From NCBI GenBank assembly GCA_017455905.1, contig JAFTLQ010000016.1, positions 268-64,267 of the forward strand: a stretch of DNA of 64,000 nt, written 5' to 3'. Within the stretch, counting starts at the first letter, position 1; each line of letters opens with the position of its first letter. Below the pieces are notes generated by a model. That model searched no databases. It was not told where the DNA came from and saw only the letters and a list, made by a program, of their open reading frames with translations. This document shows, piece by piece, positions 27,137 through 35,274 of this stretch. Position numbers and translations under genes: made by a program. Origin of the DNA: Clostridia bacterium. Its GTDB lineage: Bacteria > Bacillota > Clostridia > Oscillospirales > CAG-272.

Positions 27137-28288
27137 TTATACCTTCGTGACGGTTTCCTCGCGAATTTGGCGAGGCTTGGAGGTAGCGATCAGCTTCTTC
27201 AGTTCCTCGTAGAAGAGGTCCTCATCGATAGGTAATGTGACGGTTTTGTCAAGCAAACTTGACAAAAGCATGGCGTTTGCCAGCTCGACGCCGTGAATAC
27301 CGTCGGAGGCAGGGGCATAGAGAGGCTCCAGGCCTAGGACGGCATTGGCAACGTTGTTGAGTATGCCGACGTGCTGGGTATTTTCGCCCTCGATGGCGAT
27401 CTCGACCGTTTCCTTGGCGGGCGGCGTAGCAAAGACGGCGCGCGTCGCAAAGCAATACTCGCGCTCGTCGATGTCAAGCTCGGTGTAGTACAGGCGCCCC
27501 TTTTCAAACAGCAGCGTTCCCTTGGTGCCCGTGACCTCAAAGCGGTTGGTGCCGGGGGCATCGGCGGTCGTCGTGATAAAGACGCCGGTCGCGCCGTTTT
27601 CATATTCGCAATAGCAGGTCACGTCGTCCTCGACCTCGATATCGTGCCACTTGCCGAGATGGCAGAAGGCACGCACGCGTACGGGGGACATACCCGTGAT
27701 CCATTGAAAGAGGTCCAGCTGGTGGGGGGCCTGATTCATCAGCACGCCGCCGCCCTCACCGACCCAGGTGGCACGCCAGGCACCGCTGTCATAGTATTCC
27801 TGCGTGCGGTACCAGTCGGTGATGATCCAGTTGGTGCGCTTGATGCGTCCGATCGCGCCGTTTTGGATCATCTCGCGCATTTTACGGAAGGCGGGGTTGG
27901 TGCGCTGGTTGAACATGATACCGAGCAGCGTGTCGGCGCTCTCGGCACGGGTCAGCATTTCCTTTACCTGCTTGGTGTATACGCCGGCAGGCTTTTCCAC
28001 GACGCAGTGCAGGTGATGATCCATCGCCTCGATCGCCAGACGGGGATGGTCGTAGTGCGGCGTGCAGATATGCACGACGTCGACGGTGCCCGACTTGTAC
28101 ATATCCTCGGCACAGTCGAAGTAGGCGATCGTGTCGCCGTAGAGCGCACGCATGGCGTCAAGGCGCGAGGGCTTGATGTCGCAGACCGCCGCCAACACGC
28201 CGTTTTTGATCAGCCCGTTCGCGAGGTTCTCCGCGTGCTTGGTGCCCATGTTACCGCATCCGATAATACCAAATCTTACTTTTTCCAT
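27137..28288 (-). CDS. Gfo/Idh/MocA family oxidoreductase
   Basis: FGIIGCGNMGTKH, VVEKPAG and GGGVLMNQAPHQLDL. Its first codons overlap the end of the upstream gene by 13 nt. Confidence 0.85.
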   Translation of the reverse strand: MEKVRFGIIGCGNMGTKHAENLANGLIKNGVLAAVCDIKPSRLDAMRALYGDTIAYFDCAEDMYKSGTVDVVHICTPHYDHPRLAIEAMDHHLHCVVEKPAGVYTKQVKEMLTRAESADTLLGIMFNQRTNPAFRKMREMIQNGAIGRIKRTNWIITDWYRTQEYYDSGAWRATWVGEGGGVLMNQAPHQLDLFQWITGMSPVRVRAFCHLGKWHDIEVEDDVTCYCEYENGATGVFITTTADAPGTNRFEVTGTKGTLLFEKGRLYYTELDIDEREYCFATRAVFATPPAKETVEIAIEGENTQHVGILNNVANAVLGLEPLYAPASDGIHGVELANAMLLSSLLDKTVTLPIDEDLFYEELKKLIATSKPRQIREETVTKV

Positions 28289-29163
28289 TGTCCGTTCTCC
28301 TCTCGGAAGCCAAGCTCCCGTAAAACTTTTTTCAGAGCCTCCACCGCATAGTCAAATGCCTCGCGACGGGAGGTAAAGGTGTGCCGTCCGCTCAGTCCGT
28401 GGCCGTCGATCGCCGTATAGGCGTCGAAGAGGTGCAGATGCGGCTCAAGGGTCAGCATGATGCAATCGTCCGTATGCTTGTCGACGGCACGGAGAAGTCC
28501 TGCGATGTCACCGTCGCCCTCACCCGCGGGCACGATGATGTGCTTGCCCTCGTCGTTGTAAACAGCGTCCTTGATATGAAGGTAGGACAGACGGGGCAAG
28601 GTCACGCGCAGACCCTCCTTGACGTCAGCACCGTTGACGATGTAATTGGCGGGATCGAGGATGCCGCCCAGGGCAGGGACCTCGCAAAGGATGTCCTCCA
28701 CCTGCGCAGGATGGCAGCCGTAGATCCCCGACTCATTTTCGTGACACATGTGTATGCCAAAGGCCTCTGCGTCTGCCACCATGATGCGCAGACGGCGAAG
28801 GACCTCCTCGCGGGCGCTGGTATACGCCTCCGGCTCCACGAAGAAGCTGAACATGCGGATACGTGAGGTGCCGAGCAGCTGTGCTGCGTGAAGGGCGCGG
28901 TGCACCGCCGTCCGATGCTCGTCAAAGGGGGCGTCGATGGGATATTTACCGATCGGAGAGCCAAGTGAGCCGACGGTGATGCCGGCCTCGTCGAGCGCTG
29001 AGCGCATCTCGCGAAGCTCCTCGTCGGACAGCTCCAATATGCCGCGCCCGTCGACAAAGCGCGGCTCAATATACGAAATTCCGTTTTCAAGCAGAGCGTC
29101 GATCTGCTCGGCGAGCGTCGAGCCCGCCTCGTCGGCAAACGCCGATAAAACAAAACGTGCCAT
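28276..29163 (-). CDS. sugar phosphate isomerase/epimerase (xylose isomerase-like TIM barrel)
   Basis: 295 aa with AP_endonuc_2-like patterns: ISYIEPRF, RMFSF, CHENESGIY, ILDPANY, HIKD. Confidence 0.75.
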   Translation of the reverse strand: MARFVLSAFADEAGSTLAEQIDALLENGISYIEPRFVDGRGILELSDEELREMRSALDEAGITVGSLGSPIGKYPIDAPFDEHRTAVHRALHAAQLLGTSRIRMFSFFVEPEAYTSAREEVLRRLRIMVADAEAFGIHMCHENESGIYGCHPAQVEDILCEVPALGGILDPANYIVNGADVKEGLRVTLPRLSYLHIKDAVYNDEGKHIIVPAGEGDGDIAGLLRAVDKHTDDCIMLTLEPHLHLFDAYTAIDGHGLSGRHTFTSRREAFDYAVEALKKVLRELGFREENGQWKK

Positions 29164-29196
29164 ACTACTTTCGACCTTTTTCTTTGTTTTTTACCA

Positions 29197-29952
29197 TTAT
29201 CGGACAAGCGGACGAAGATGCTCAAAGCTGCGCTTCATCTGCTCAAGCTCGTCACCGAGCTCAGGCGCGTTGTCCTGCTCGACAAGACCGTTGTCGATAC
29301 CGAGCTCGTAGCACAGGTCGGCGATGGAGCGCATATCCAGCACGCCGTCGCCACAGGGGCAGATATCGCCCTGCGGTGCCGTCTTCATATCCTTAAAATG
29401 AAGATTGGTCATACGCTCGTGACCGATGCGGCGAATGTACGAGAGCGGATCGCGGCCTGCATAGCTGACCCAGTAGACGTCAAGAATAAAATCAAGAAGA
29501 GGCGCCTCCTCTAACAGGACGTCGAAGACGTCGCGTCCGTCGTGTACGTCAAACTCAAAGTGATGGTTGTGATAGGCCAAGCGAAGGCCGGCATCGCGGA
29601 TCCTTTTAGCAGGCTCCTCCAGAATTTTCAAAAAAGCACGTGCCCCCTCGATGGAGCCGCGATACTCATTCGGCATACTGCCGAGGCCGATGACGGGGCA
29701 TTCGTAGATGCGATGCTCGCGGATCAAGGCGTCGGTGTCGTGGACGATGCGATCAAAGGGCGAGTGCGTACAGGTGATGGGCAGCGCGTAGGCGTGGCTG
29801 ATGTCGCGCAACCGCTCCGGCTCAATGGGTCCGATCGCGGACATTTGTGCGACCTCGTAGCCGATGGCCTTTATCTCCCGAAAGCAGGCCTCGATCCCCT
29901 CGGGCGTCGTGGCACGATTGCGCAGGGTGTAAAATTGTGCGCCAAGCTTCAT
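29197..29952 (-). CDS. sugar phosphate isomerase/epimerase (xylose isomerase-like TIM barrel)
   Basis: MKLGAQFYTLR..., YHNHHFEF, LDVYW, HFKD. I chose the start at the second ATG (RBS gagg); the ORF extends up to 29964. Confidence 0.75.
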   Translation of the reverse strand: MKLGAQFYTLRNRATTPEGIEACFREIKAIGYEVAQMSAIGPIEPERLRDISHAYALPITCTHSPFDRIVHDTDALIREHRIYECPVIGLGSMPNEYRGSIEGARAFLKILEEPAKRIRDAGLRLAYHNHHFEFDVHDGRDVFDVLLEEAPLLDFILDVYWVSYAGRDPLSYIRRIGHERMTNLHFKDMKTAPQGDICPCGDGVLDMRSIADLCYELGIDNGLVEQDNAPELGDELEQMKRSFEHLRPLVR

Positions 29953-30124
29953 GGTATACCTCATTTCCCGACCGTGCGGCCGATAGTTTCCTTTATTGTA
30001 GCATATTTGCCTCCTGCTTGCAATAAAAATTCCTAAGAAAATGATTGTAGGCTTTGCAAAAACTATTGCAAAAATTGCTCGAGTATGCTATACTTAAACA
30101 AAACGAAGAGAGAGGAGGGGGCCT

Positions 30125-30964
30125 ATGCAACGACCGCTTCACCTGCATGCGGGTGATATCCGTATATCCTACGTTTCCGAGCGCCCCGAGGGCGATTCGG
30201 CGCTCAGCACCTGCCATTGCCATGACGTGTACGAGTTTTTGTACGTCGTGCGCGGAGAAGGGCAGTACATCGTGGAAGGGAAGGAGTACACGATGAGCGA
30301 GGGGACGCTGATGGTCATCCGTCCGCTGAAATATCACTACGTCAAGGTGGCGGCGGGACAGGTGTACGAGCGCTACGTGCTTCAGTTTCCACGCTCCGTG
30401 CTCCTCGGCACGTCGGCGAGCGTTCTTGACAGCATGGAGGAGGCAACGAGCGGCGGCGCGGGATGCTTTTTCCCTCCGCACGCCATGTCACCGATGCTCA
30501 TGAGCGTCTTTGATCGCTTATCGACCGTTGAGCGCTTGCCCGAGCCGATGCGGGAGCCGTATACGCGCCTGCTCCTTTCGGAGATCGTTCTTTTGTTGGC
30601 TCCGTCCACGGCGTCACGGGCGCCGATCGACAGCGACGAGCTCGGTGCCCGCGTGCTGCAGTACCTCAACGAGCATCTGGAAACGGATCTGTGCCTGGAC
30701 GATATTGCCCGTCACTTCTTCGTGAGTAAATATTATCTGTGCCGCGCGTTCAAAACATACAACGGCACCTCCATCCATACCTACGTGACGCAAAAGCGCG
30801 TCCTGTACGCCAAGCGGCTGATCGAAGCGGGCGAATCCGCCTCCTCGGCTGCCTACCGCGTCGGCTTCGGCGACTACTCCGCCTTTTACCGCGCGTATGT
30901 CAAGGTCACGGGGCATTCGCCCGTGTCATCCATTCGAAAAAAGGAGACGTGCACAGAGAAATGA
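30125..30964 (+). CDS. AraC-family transcriptional regulator, divergent from the oxidoreductase/isomerase operon
   Basis: Cupin N-terminus (HCHDVYEFLYVVRGEG) and AraC HTH C-terminus (GFGDYSAFYRAYVKVTGHSP). RBS is gaggaggggg. Confidence 0.85.
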   Translation: MQRPLHLHAGDIRISYVSERPEGDSALSTCHCHDVYEFLYVVRGEGQYIVEGKEYTMSEGTLMVIRPLKYHYVKVAAGQVYERYVLQFPRSVLLGTSASVLDSMEEATSGGAGCFFPPHAMSPMLMSVFDRLSTVERLPEPMREPYTRLLLSEIVLLLAPSTASRAPIDSDELGARVLQYLNEHLETDLCLDDIARHFFVSKYYLCRAFKTYNGTSIHTYVTQKRVLYAKRLIEAGESASSAAYRVGFGDYSAFYRAYVKVTGHSPVSSIRKKETCTEK

Positions 30965-32811
30965 ATACCAAGTATCAATTGCTAAGCACCGTGCATACGC
31001 CCGCCGACCTCAAGCGTCTGCCCGAAAGCGAGCTTGCGACTCTGTGCCAGCAGATCCGCGAATTTCTGATCGAACGCGTGCCGAGGACGGGCGGTCATCT
31101 GGCATCCAATCTCGGTGTTGTCGAGCTGACCGTGGCCATACATCGCGTGTTTGATTGTCCAAAGGATCATATTATTTTTGACGTCGGACATCAAGCGTAC
31201 GTACACAAAATGCTGACAGAACGCAAACATTTATTTGCAGATTTGCGCAAACCGGGCGGTCTTTCCGGCTTTACGAGCCGTAAGGAAGGCCCTTACGATG
31301 CGTTCGGTGCAGGGCATAGCTCGACCTCGGTTTCCGCGGCGCTCGGCTTTGCGGAGGCCGATCGGCTGCAGGGCGTGGACGCCTGCTCGGTGTGCGTGGT
31401 CGGTGACGGCGCGTATACCGGCGGCATGATCCACGAGGCACTCAACAACTGTAAAAAGGATCTGCCGCTCGTCATCATCTTGAATGAGAACGGCATGTCG
31501 ATCTCACCCAATCGCGGCACCTTTGCGAGCTATCTCTCCCGTGTTCGCGTATCGGCACGCTACCGCCGCTTCAAAAGCAGGGTAGAGACCTCCGTCGGTA
31601 AGACGTCGGGCTTCGGCCGCTTTTTGCGTGCCGTGCATCACCGCATCCGTCGGGCGATCTACCCGATGAATCATTTTGAGGAGCTTGGCCTGTATTATCT
31701 CGGACCGATCGACGGTCATAACCTCGACGAGGTCACCGAGGCGCTGACGCGGGCACGGGATCTTGGATGCACCACCGTCGTACACGTCCGTACGCAAAAG
31801 GGGCGTGGCTATACCCCGGCTGAGGACGCACCGCACGCCTTTCACAGTCTTCGTGCGGGCGAGGTGCCTCCTTCGACCTTTCACGGCGAGTTTTGCCGCC
31901 TGCTGACCGAGGCGGCGGCCGAGGATCCGTCGATCGTGGCCGTTACGGCGGCGATGGGGCTTGGCACGGGTCTTGCCGCCTTTGGCGATGCGTATCCCGA
32001 TCGGTATTTTGACGTCGGCATTGCGGAGGAGCATGCGCTGACCTTCTCGGCCGGCCTTGCCGCCGCGGGCATGAAGCCCTTCGTCGACATCTATTCCACC
32101 TTCCTGCAGCGTGCGTACGACAACATCCTGCACGACGTCGCCTTGCAGGGCTTGCCCGTGCGTATGGTCATCGACCGCGCCGGCCTTGCGGTAGCGGACG
32201 GTGCCACGCATCACGGCATCTTTGACGTGGCGTTTCTGTCGCAGATGCCGGGCGTGCGCATTCTCGCCCCTGCGACGTACGAGTCTCTTCGCCTGGCGGT
32301 GGAGGAGCTGCTTCGTGCCGACGGACCCATAGCCCTGCGCTATGCCGATGCGGCCGAGTCGGCCGAGGTAGCCGCCGCCTTTTCCCACCGCGCCCGGCCG
32401 TCCCTTGGTCTCCTGACGGATTTTGACGAGTCGGCGCCTCCCTCTCGTCTGATCGTCACCTACGGACAGCAGGTGTCGCGTGCCTTAGAGGCGGCACGGA
32501 TGCTGCGGGAGCGCGGCGTAACGGTCGGTGTCGTTCTGCTTGAGGTGCTTGCACCGTACGACGCTGCCGCGGAGCGGCTTTTGCCATTGGTATCGTCTGC
32601 CGATCACGTGCTGTTTGCCGAGGAGGGGATCCGCGACGGAGGCGCCTCCGTTCTCCTGTGTGAGAGGTTGCATGCGATGCATGCCTTCCGCACGGACGCA
32701 CGCGTGGAGATCGCCGCCATTACCGACTTTGCCTCTCCCGATGAGCGCTGTGACCTGTACGACTACGTCGGTCTGTCCGCCGAGGCACTGTGTGCGCACT
32801 TCCTTCGCTGA
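30961..32811 (+). CDS. dxs: 1-deoxy-D-xylulose-5-phosphate synthase-like protein (divergent)
   Basis: GGHLASNLGVVELT, DVGHQAYVHKMLT, GDGAYTGGMIHEALNN and DRAGLAVADGATHHGIFD are present. The ATG overlaps the AraC stop (ATGA). The 690-aa ORF-track version is an upstream over-extension. Confidence 0.8.
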   Translation: MNTKYQLLSTVHTPADLKRLPESELATLCQQIREFLIERVPRTGGHLASNLGVVELTVAIHRVFDCPKDHIIFDVGHQAYVHKMLTERKHLFADLRKPGGLSGFTSRKEGPYDAFGAGHSSTSVSAALGFAEADRLQGVDACSVCVVGDGAYTGGMIHEALNNCKKDLPLVIILNENGMSISPNRGTFASYLSRVRVSARYRRFKSRVETSVGKTSGFGRFLRAVHHRIRRAIYPMNHFEELGLYYLGPIDGHNLDEVTEALTRARDLGCTTVVHVRTQKGRGYTPAEDAPHAFHSLRAGEVPPSTFHGEFCRLLTEAAAEDPSIVAVTAAMGLGTGLAAFGDAYPDRYFDVGIAEEHALTFSAGLAAAGMKPFVDIYSTFLQRAYDNILHDVALQGLPVRMVIDRAGLAVADGATHHGIFDVAFLSQMPGVRILAPATYESLRLAVEELLRADGPIALRYADAAESAEVAAAFSHRARPSLGLLTDFDESAPPSRLIVTYGQQVSRALEAARMLRERGVTVGVVLLEVLAPYDAAAERLLPLVSSADHVLFAEEGIRDGGASVLLCERLHAMHAFRTDARVEIAAITDFASPDERCDLYDYVGLSAEALCAHFLR

Positions 32812-32926
32812 CCCCGACGATCGGCTCGTTTGCCGGAAACATGCACAAAAGCAAGCGCCCTTTTCTTGAAAAAGGAACGGTTTTTTTGTGCCCTTTGCCG
32901 AAAAAAAGCAAGTTGCACAAAAACCG

Positions 32927-32955
32927 TTGACGAAAGACAAAATAAATGCTAAAAT
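32927..32955 (+). promoter_or_regulatory. putative sigma-A promoter of the lipoprotein gene
   Basis: TTGACG, 17 nt, TAAAAT. Confidence 0.45.
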
Positions 32956-33016
32956 AAATAAAAATGTACCGATTGCCGTAGGTACGTTGAATTTGAACGG
33001 CAAGAAAGACGTTTCT

Positions 33017-34603
33017 ATGAGAAAGATCGTAAGCCTGTTGCTTTGTATGCTTCTTATGGCTGTGCTGTGCGTCTCGCTGACTGCCTGCCAGACATGTGAG
33101 CACGAATATCCCGAGGAGGCGACGCGGATCGCCGAGCCGACCTGTACGGAGGACGGTGCCTACTATTATGCATGTACGCTTTGCGGGGAAGAAAAGAAGG
33201 TAGCGCCCGAGGCGACCGATACCGCTATGCTGGCGAAGGGACACACGAGTGACGCCGGCACGATGACCACGCAGGTTTCCTGCACGACCGATGGCGTGAT
33301 GGTATATACGTGTACCGTTTGCGACGCAACGATCGATACCGTGACGGTCAAGACCCCCGGCCATATATATGACGAGCTTGATGTTCAAACGAACGGAAGC
33401 GAGCACTGGTACGAATGTGAGGTGTGTGAGACGGTGCTCGAGAAGGGCACGTGCGAATACGTTCTTATGGCGTACAGCAAGACCGAGCACACGACGGCCT
33501 GTAAGGTCTGCTATTATGAAAAGGCAAATGCCCGTGTAGCGCACGATATGGACGATGGCGTGCTCACGGCGCAAGCGACCTGCTATCAGAACGGCTACAA
33601 GACGTATACCTGTGCGGATTGCGGATATACCGAGCGCGAAGCGCTGCCCCTGGTGGACCATTCGTATGATGAGACGGTATATACATATTCCGTCAGCAAT
33701 CACTGGATTGCCTGTGTATATTGTAAGAGGGTGAAGGAGGGTACGACGACCCCGCATACCTTTGGTGAGCCTGTCGTTACCGAGCCGACGGCGACCTCTT
33801 GCTTACCCGGCACGTCGGTTTCGACGTGTACCGCCTGCGGCAACATAAAAACGGAGTACATTGCTTCGAGCGCACCGCACACGATGACGACGACGCTGAA
33901 TGCGGACGAAACGCTTACCCGCGCCTGCACGTCCTGCGAGACCTCTTGGACGTCGGCCGTGCTGATGTATGGCGACGGCACGAGCTCGGCAGGTCTCGGC
34001 GGTAATGCGGGAACCGGCTCGGGATGGGGCTCCGGCGGCCTTGGCCCGGACGTCATCGACGGCTGCTACGTATATGAAAAGAACAACGCCGTCAACCCGT
34101 GCCAGGCACAGTTTTATTTGACGTCGACGGATTTCGATCCATCGATGCCGCTTCCCGAGGAATGGACGGGCGCTCTCCTTTCCTTCAAGGTCAAGCAGGG
34201 TGCTATGTACATGAGCGACTGGGGCTTCTATATTTGCAATTCGACCGGAGCATGGAGTGACAACAGCAAGGGCTTTGCACTGTGCAGAACGACCAATAGC
34301 GGCAAGAACAAGAAGATCATCGATATCGGAGGACGTGCGATCGGCGATATCTCGCTCGGAACGGACTGGGTGACGGTTGATATCGAGATCACCTTTGACC
34401 GTGAAAACGATAAGCTGCTCCTTGTGTACTACGTGAACGGTGTATACGTCAGCAAAGCTTCGACCTCCAACCTGCTGCTCAATGATATGTTTAACGGCAT
34501 TTATTTCTCGTCGCCCGGTACAGCCGATAATACGTATAACACGAAGGACCCCAACGTGCAGCCATCCATTTATTTTGACGATATTATTCTTGCGGTGTAT
34601 TAA
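33017..34603 (+). CDS. lipoprotein with about 8 CxxC-type Cys-rich repeats and a C-terminal LamG/ConA-like domain
   Basis: The lipobox is LCVSLTAC. Repeated modules include EPTCTEDGAYYYACTLCGEEK, VSCTTDGVMVYTCTVCDATI, HWYECEVCE, ATCYQNGYKTYTCADCGYTE, HWIACVYCK and CLPGTSVSTCTACGN. The roughly 220-aa tail ends in IYFDDIILAVY. Confidence 0.65.
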   Translation: MRKIVSLLLCMLLMAVLCVSLTACQTCEHEYPEEATRIAEPTCTEDGAYYYACTLCGEEKKVAPEATDTAMLAKGHTSDAGTMTTQVSCTTDGVMVYTCTVCDATIDTVTVKTPGHIYDELDVQTNGSEHWYECEVCETVLEKGTCEYVLMAYSKTEHTTACKVCYYEKANARVAHDMDDGVLTAQATCYQNGYKTYTCADCGYTEREALPLVDHSYDETVYTYSVSNHWIACVYCKRVKEGTTTPHTFGEPVVTEPTATSCLPGTSVSTCTACGNIKTEYIASSAPHTMTTTLNADETLTRACTSCETSWTSAVLMYGDGTSSAGLGGNAGTGSGWGSGGLGPDVIDGCYVYEKNNAVNPCQAQFYLTSTDFDPSMPLPEEWTGALLSFKVKQGAMYMSDWGFYICNSTGAWSDNSKGFALCRTTNSGKNKKIIDIGGRAIGDISLGTDWVTVDIEITFDRENDKLLLVYYVNGVYVSKASTSNLLLNDMFNGIYFSSPGTADNTYNTKDPNVQPSIYFDDIILAVY

Positions 34604-34745
34604 GGATCCCGTGGATCAACCGAAAGAGGTAAGGGACGTACAAAAGGACAGTTTTTTGAAATTCAACAAAATACGCTACCTACCAACAGGAAAAAAGGAC
34701 AGAGAATGTTTAGCGTGTTATCCTTAACGGAGAACACGCTAAAAC

Positions 34746-34906
34746 TAAGTTTGCCCAATGGGCAAGTGAAGTTTACTTCGTAAGTGAAGTTATCCTGCGG
34801 ATAGTGAAGTTTTGCCTATGGCAAAGTGGGCAAACTTAACTTCACTTGTGCGTAGCACAAACTTCACTGCATAGCAACTTCACTTTCGCGTCAGCGGAAA
34901 CTTCAC
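34746..34906. repeat. array of 7 mini-hairpins punctuated by GTGAAGT (x3, forward) then ACTTCAC (x4, reverse)
   Basis: GTGAAGT occurs at 34766, 34784 and 34804. ACTTCAC occurs at 34839, 34861, 34877 and 34900. Each interval is its own small palindrome, for example ttgcccaatgggcaa, ttacttcgtaa, tatcctgcggata, tttgcctatggcaaa, ttgtgcgtagcacaa and tgcatagca. Confidence 0.8.
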
Positions 34907-34909
34907 AGG

Positions 34910-34960
34910 CAGAAAAAGAGATAACATTTCGGATACGAACCGATTTGTTATCTCTTTCTG
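34910..34960 (+). terminator. long hairpin, terminator-like
   Basis: cagaaaaagagataaca ... tgttatctctttctg, about 15 bp with a 2-nt bulge and an inner tcgg/ccga pairing. The trailing U-tract is weak. Confidence 0.45.
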
Positions 34961-35190
34961 TCGTTATAAGGGTTTGGGTTTAGCCCATAATGCGATTGAC
35001 TAGTCAAATGCGATGCTTGCACTTTTGTCAATGTGTAAATTCTCCGCTAAGAACATCACCCCTTTCGTTCTCTGTCCTCTTTTCTTTAACAAGCACCGAC
35101 TTCATGAAAGACATCAAGGTTGCATACGCGTCCTCTCACCCGCTGTCCTTTCCGTTTTCCGACATTTTTCGGAAAATCTCGGGCGTTGCC

Positions 35191-35219
35191 TTGACAAATA
35201 TTTTAAATCATGGTATACT
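35191..35219 (+). promoter_or_regulatory. near-consensus sigma-A promoter of miaB
   Basis: TTGACA, 17 nt, TATACT, preceded by TGG (an extended -10), 56 nt upstream of the miaB ATG. Confidence 0.6.
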
Positions 35220-35274
35220 AATTTGGTTACCTAATTTAATTTATTTTTTATTTATTTTACGAAGGGAAGCGCGC

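Noticed and set aside
34746-34906. Possible CRISPR array
   Set aside because: The repeats are only 7 nt, the spacers are 9-17 nt and self-complementary, the orientation flips midway, and no cas genes are in the window.
34989-35015. aatgcgat-tgactagtca-aatgcgat (a 12-bp perfect palindrome ttgactagtcaa flanked by direct 8-mers) as an operator
   Set aside because: It is a single occurrence about 180 nt upstream of the miaB promoter with no cognate regulator nearby. I cannot distinguish it from chance.
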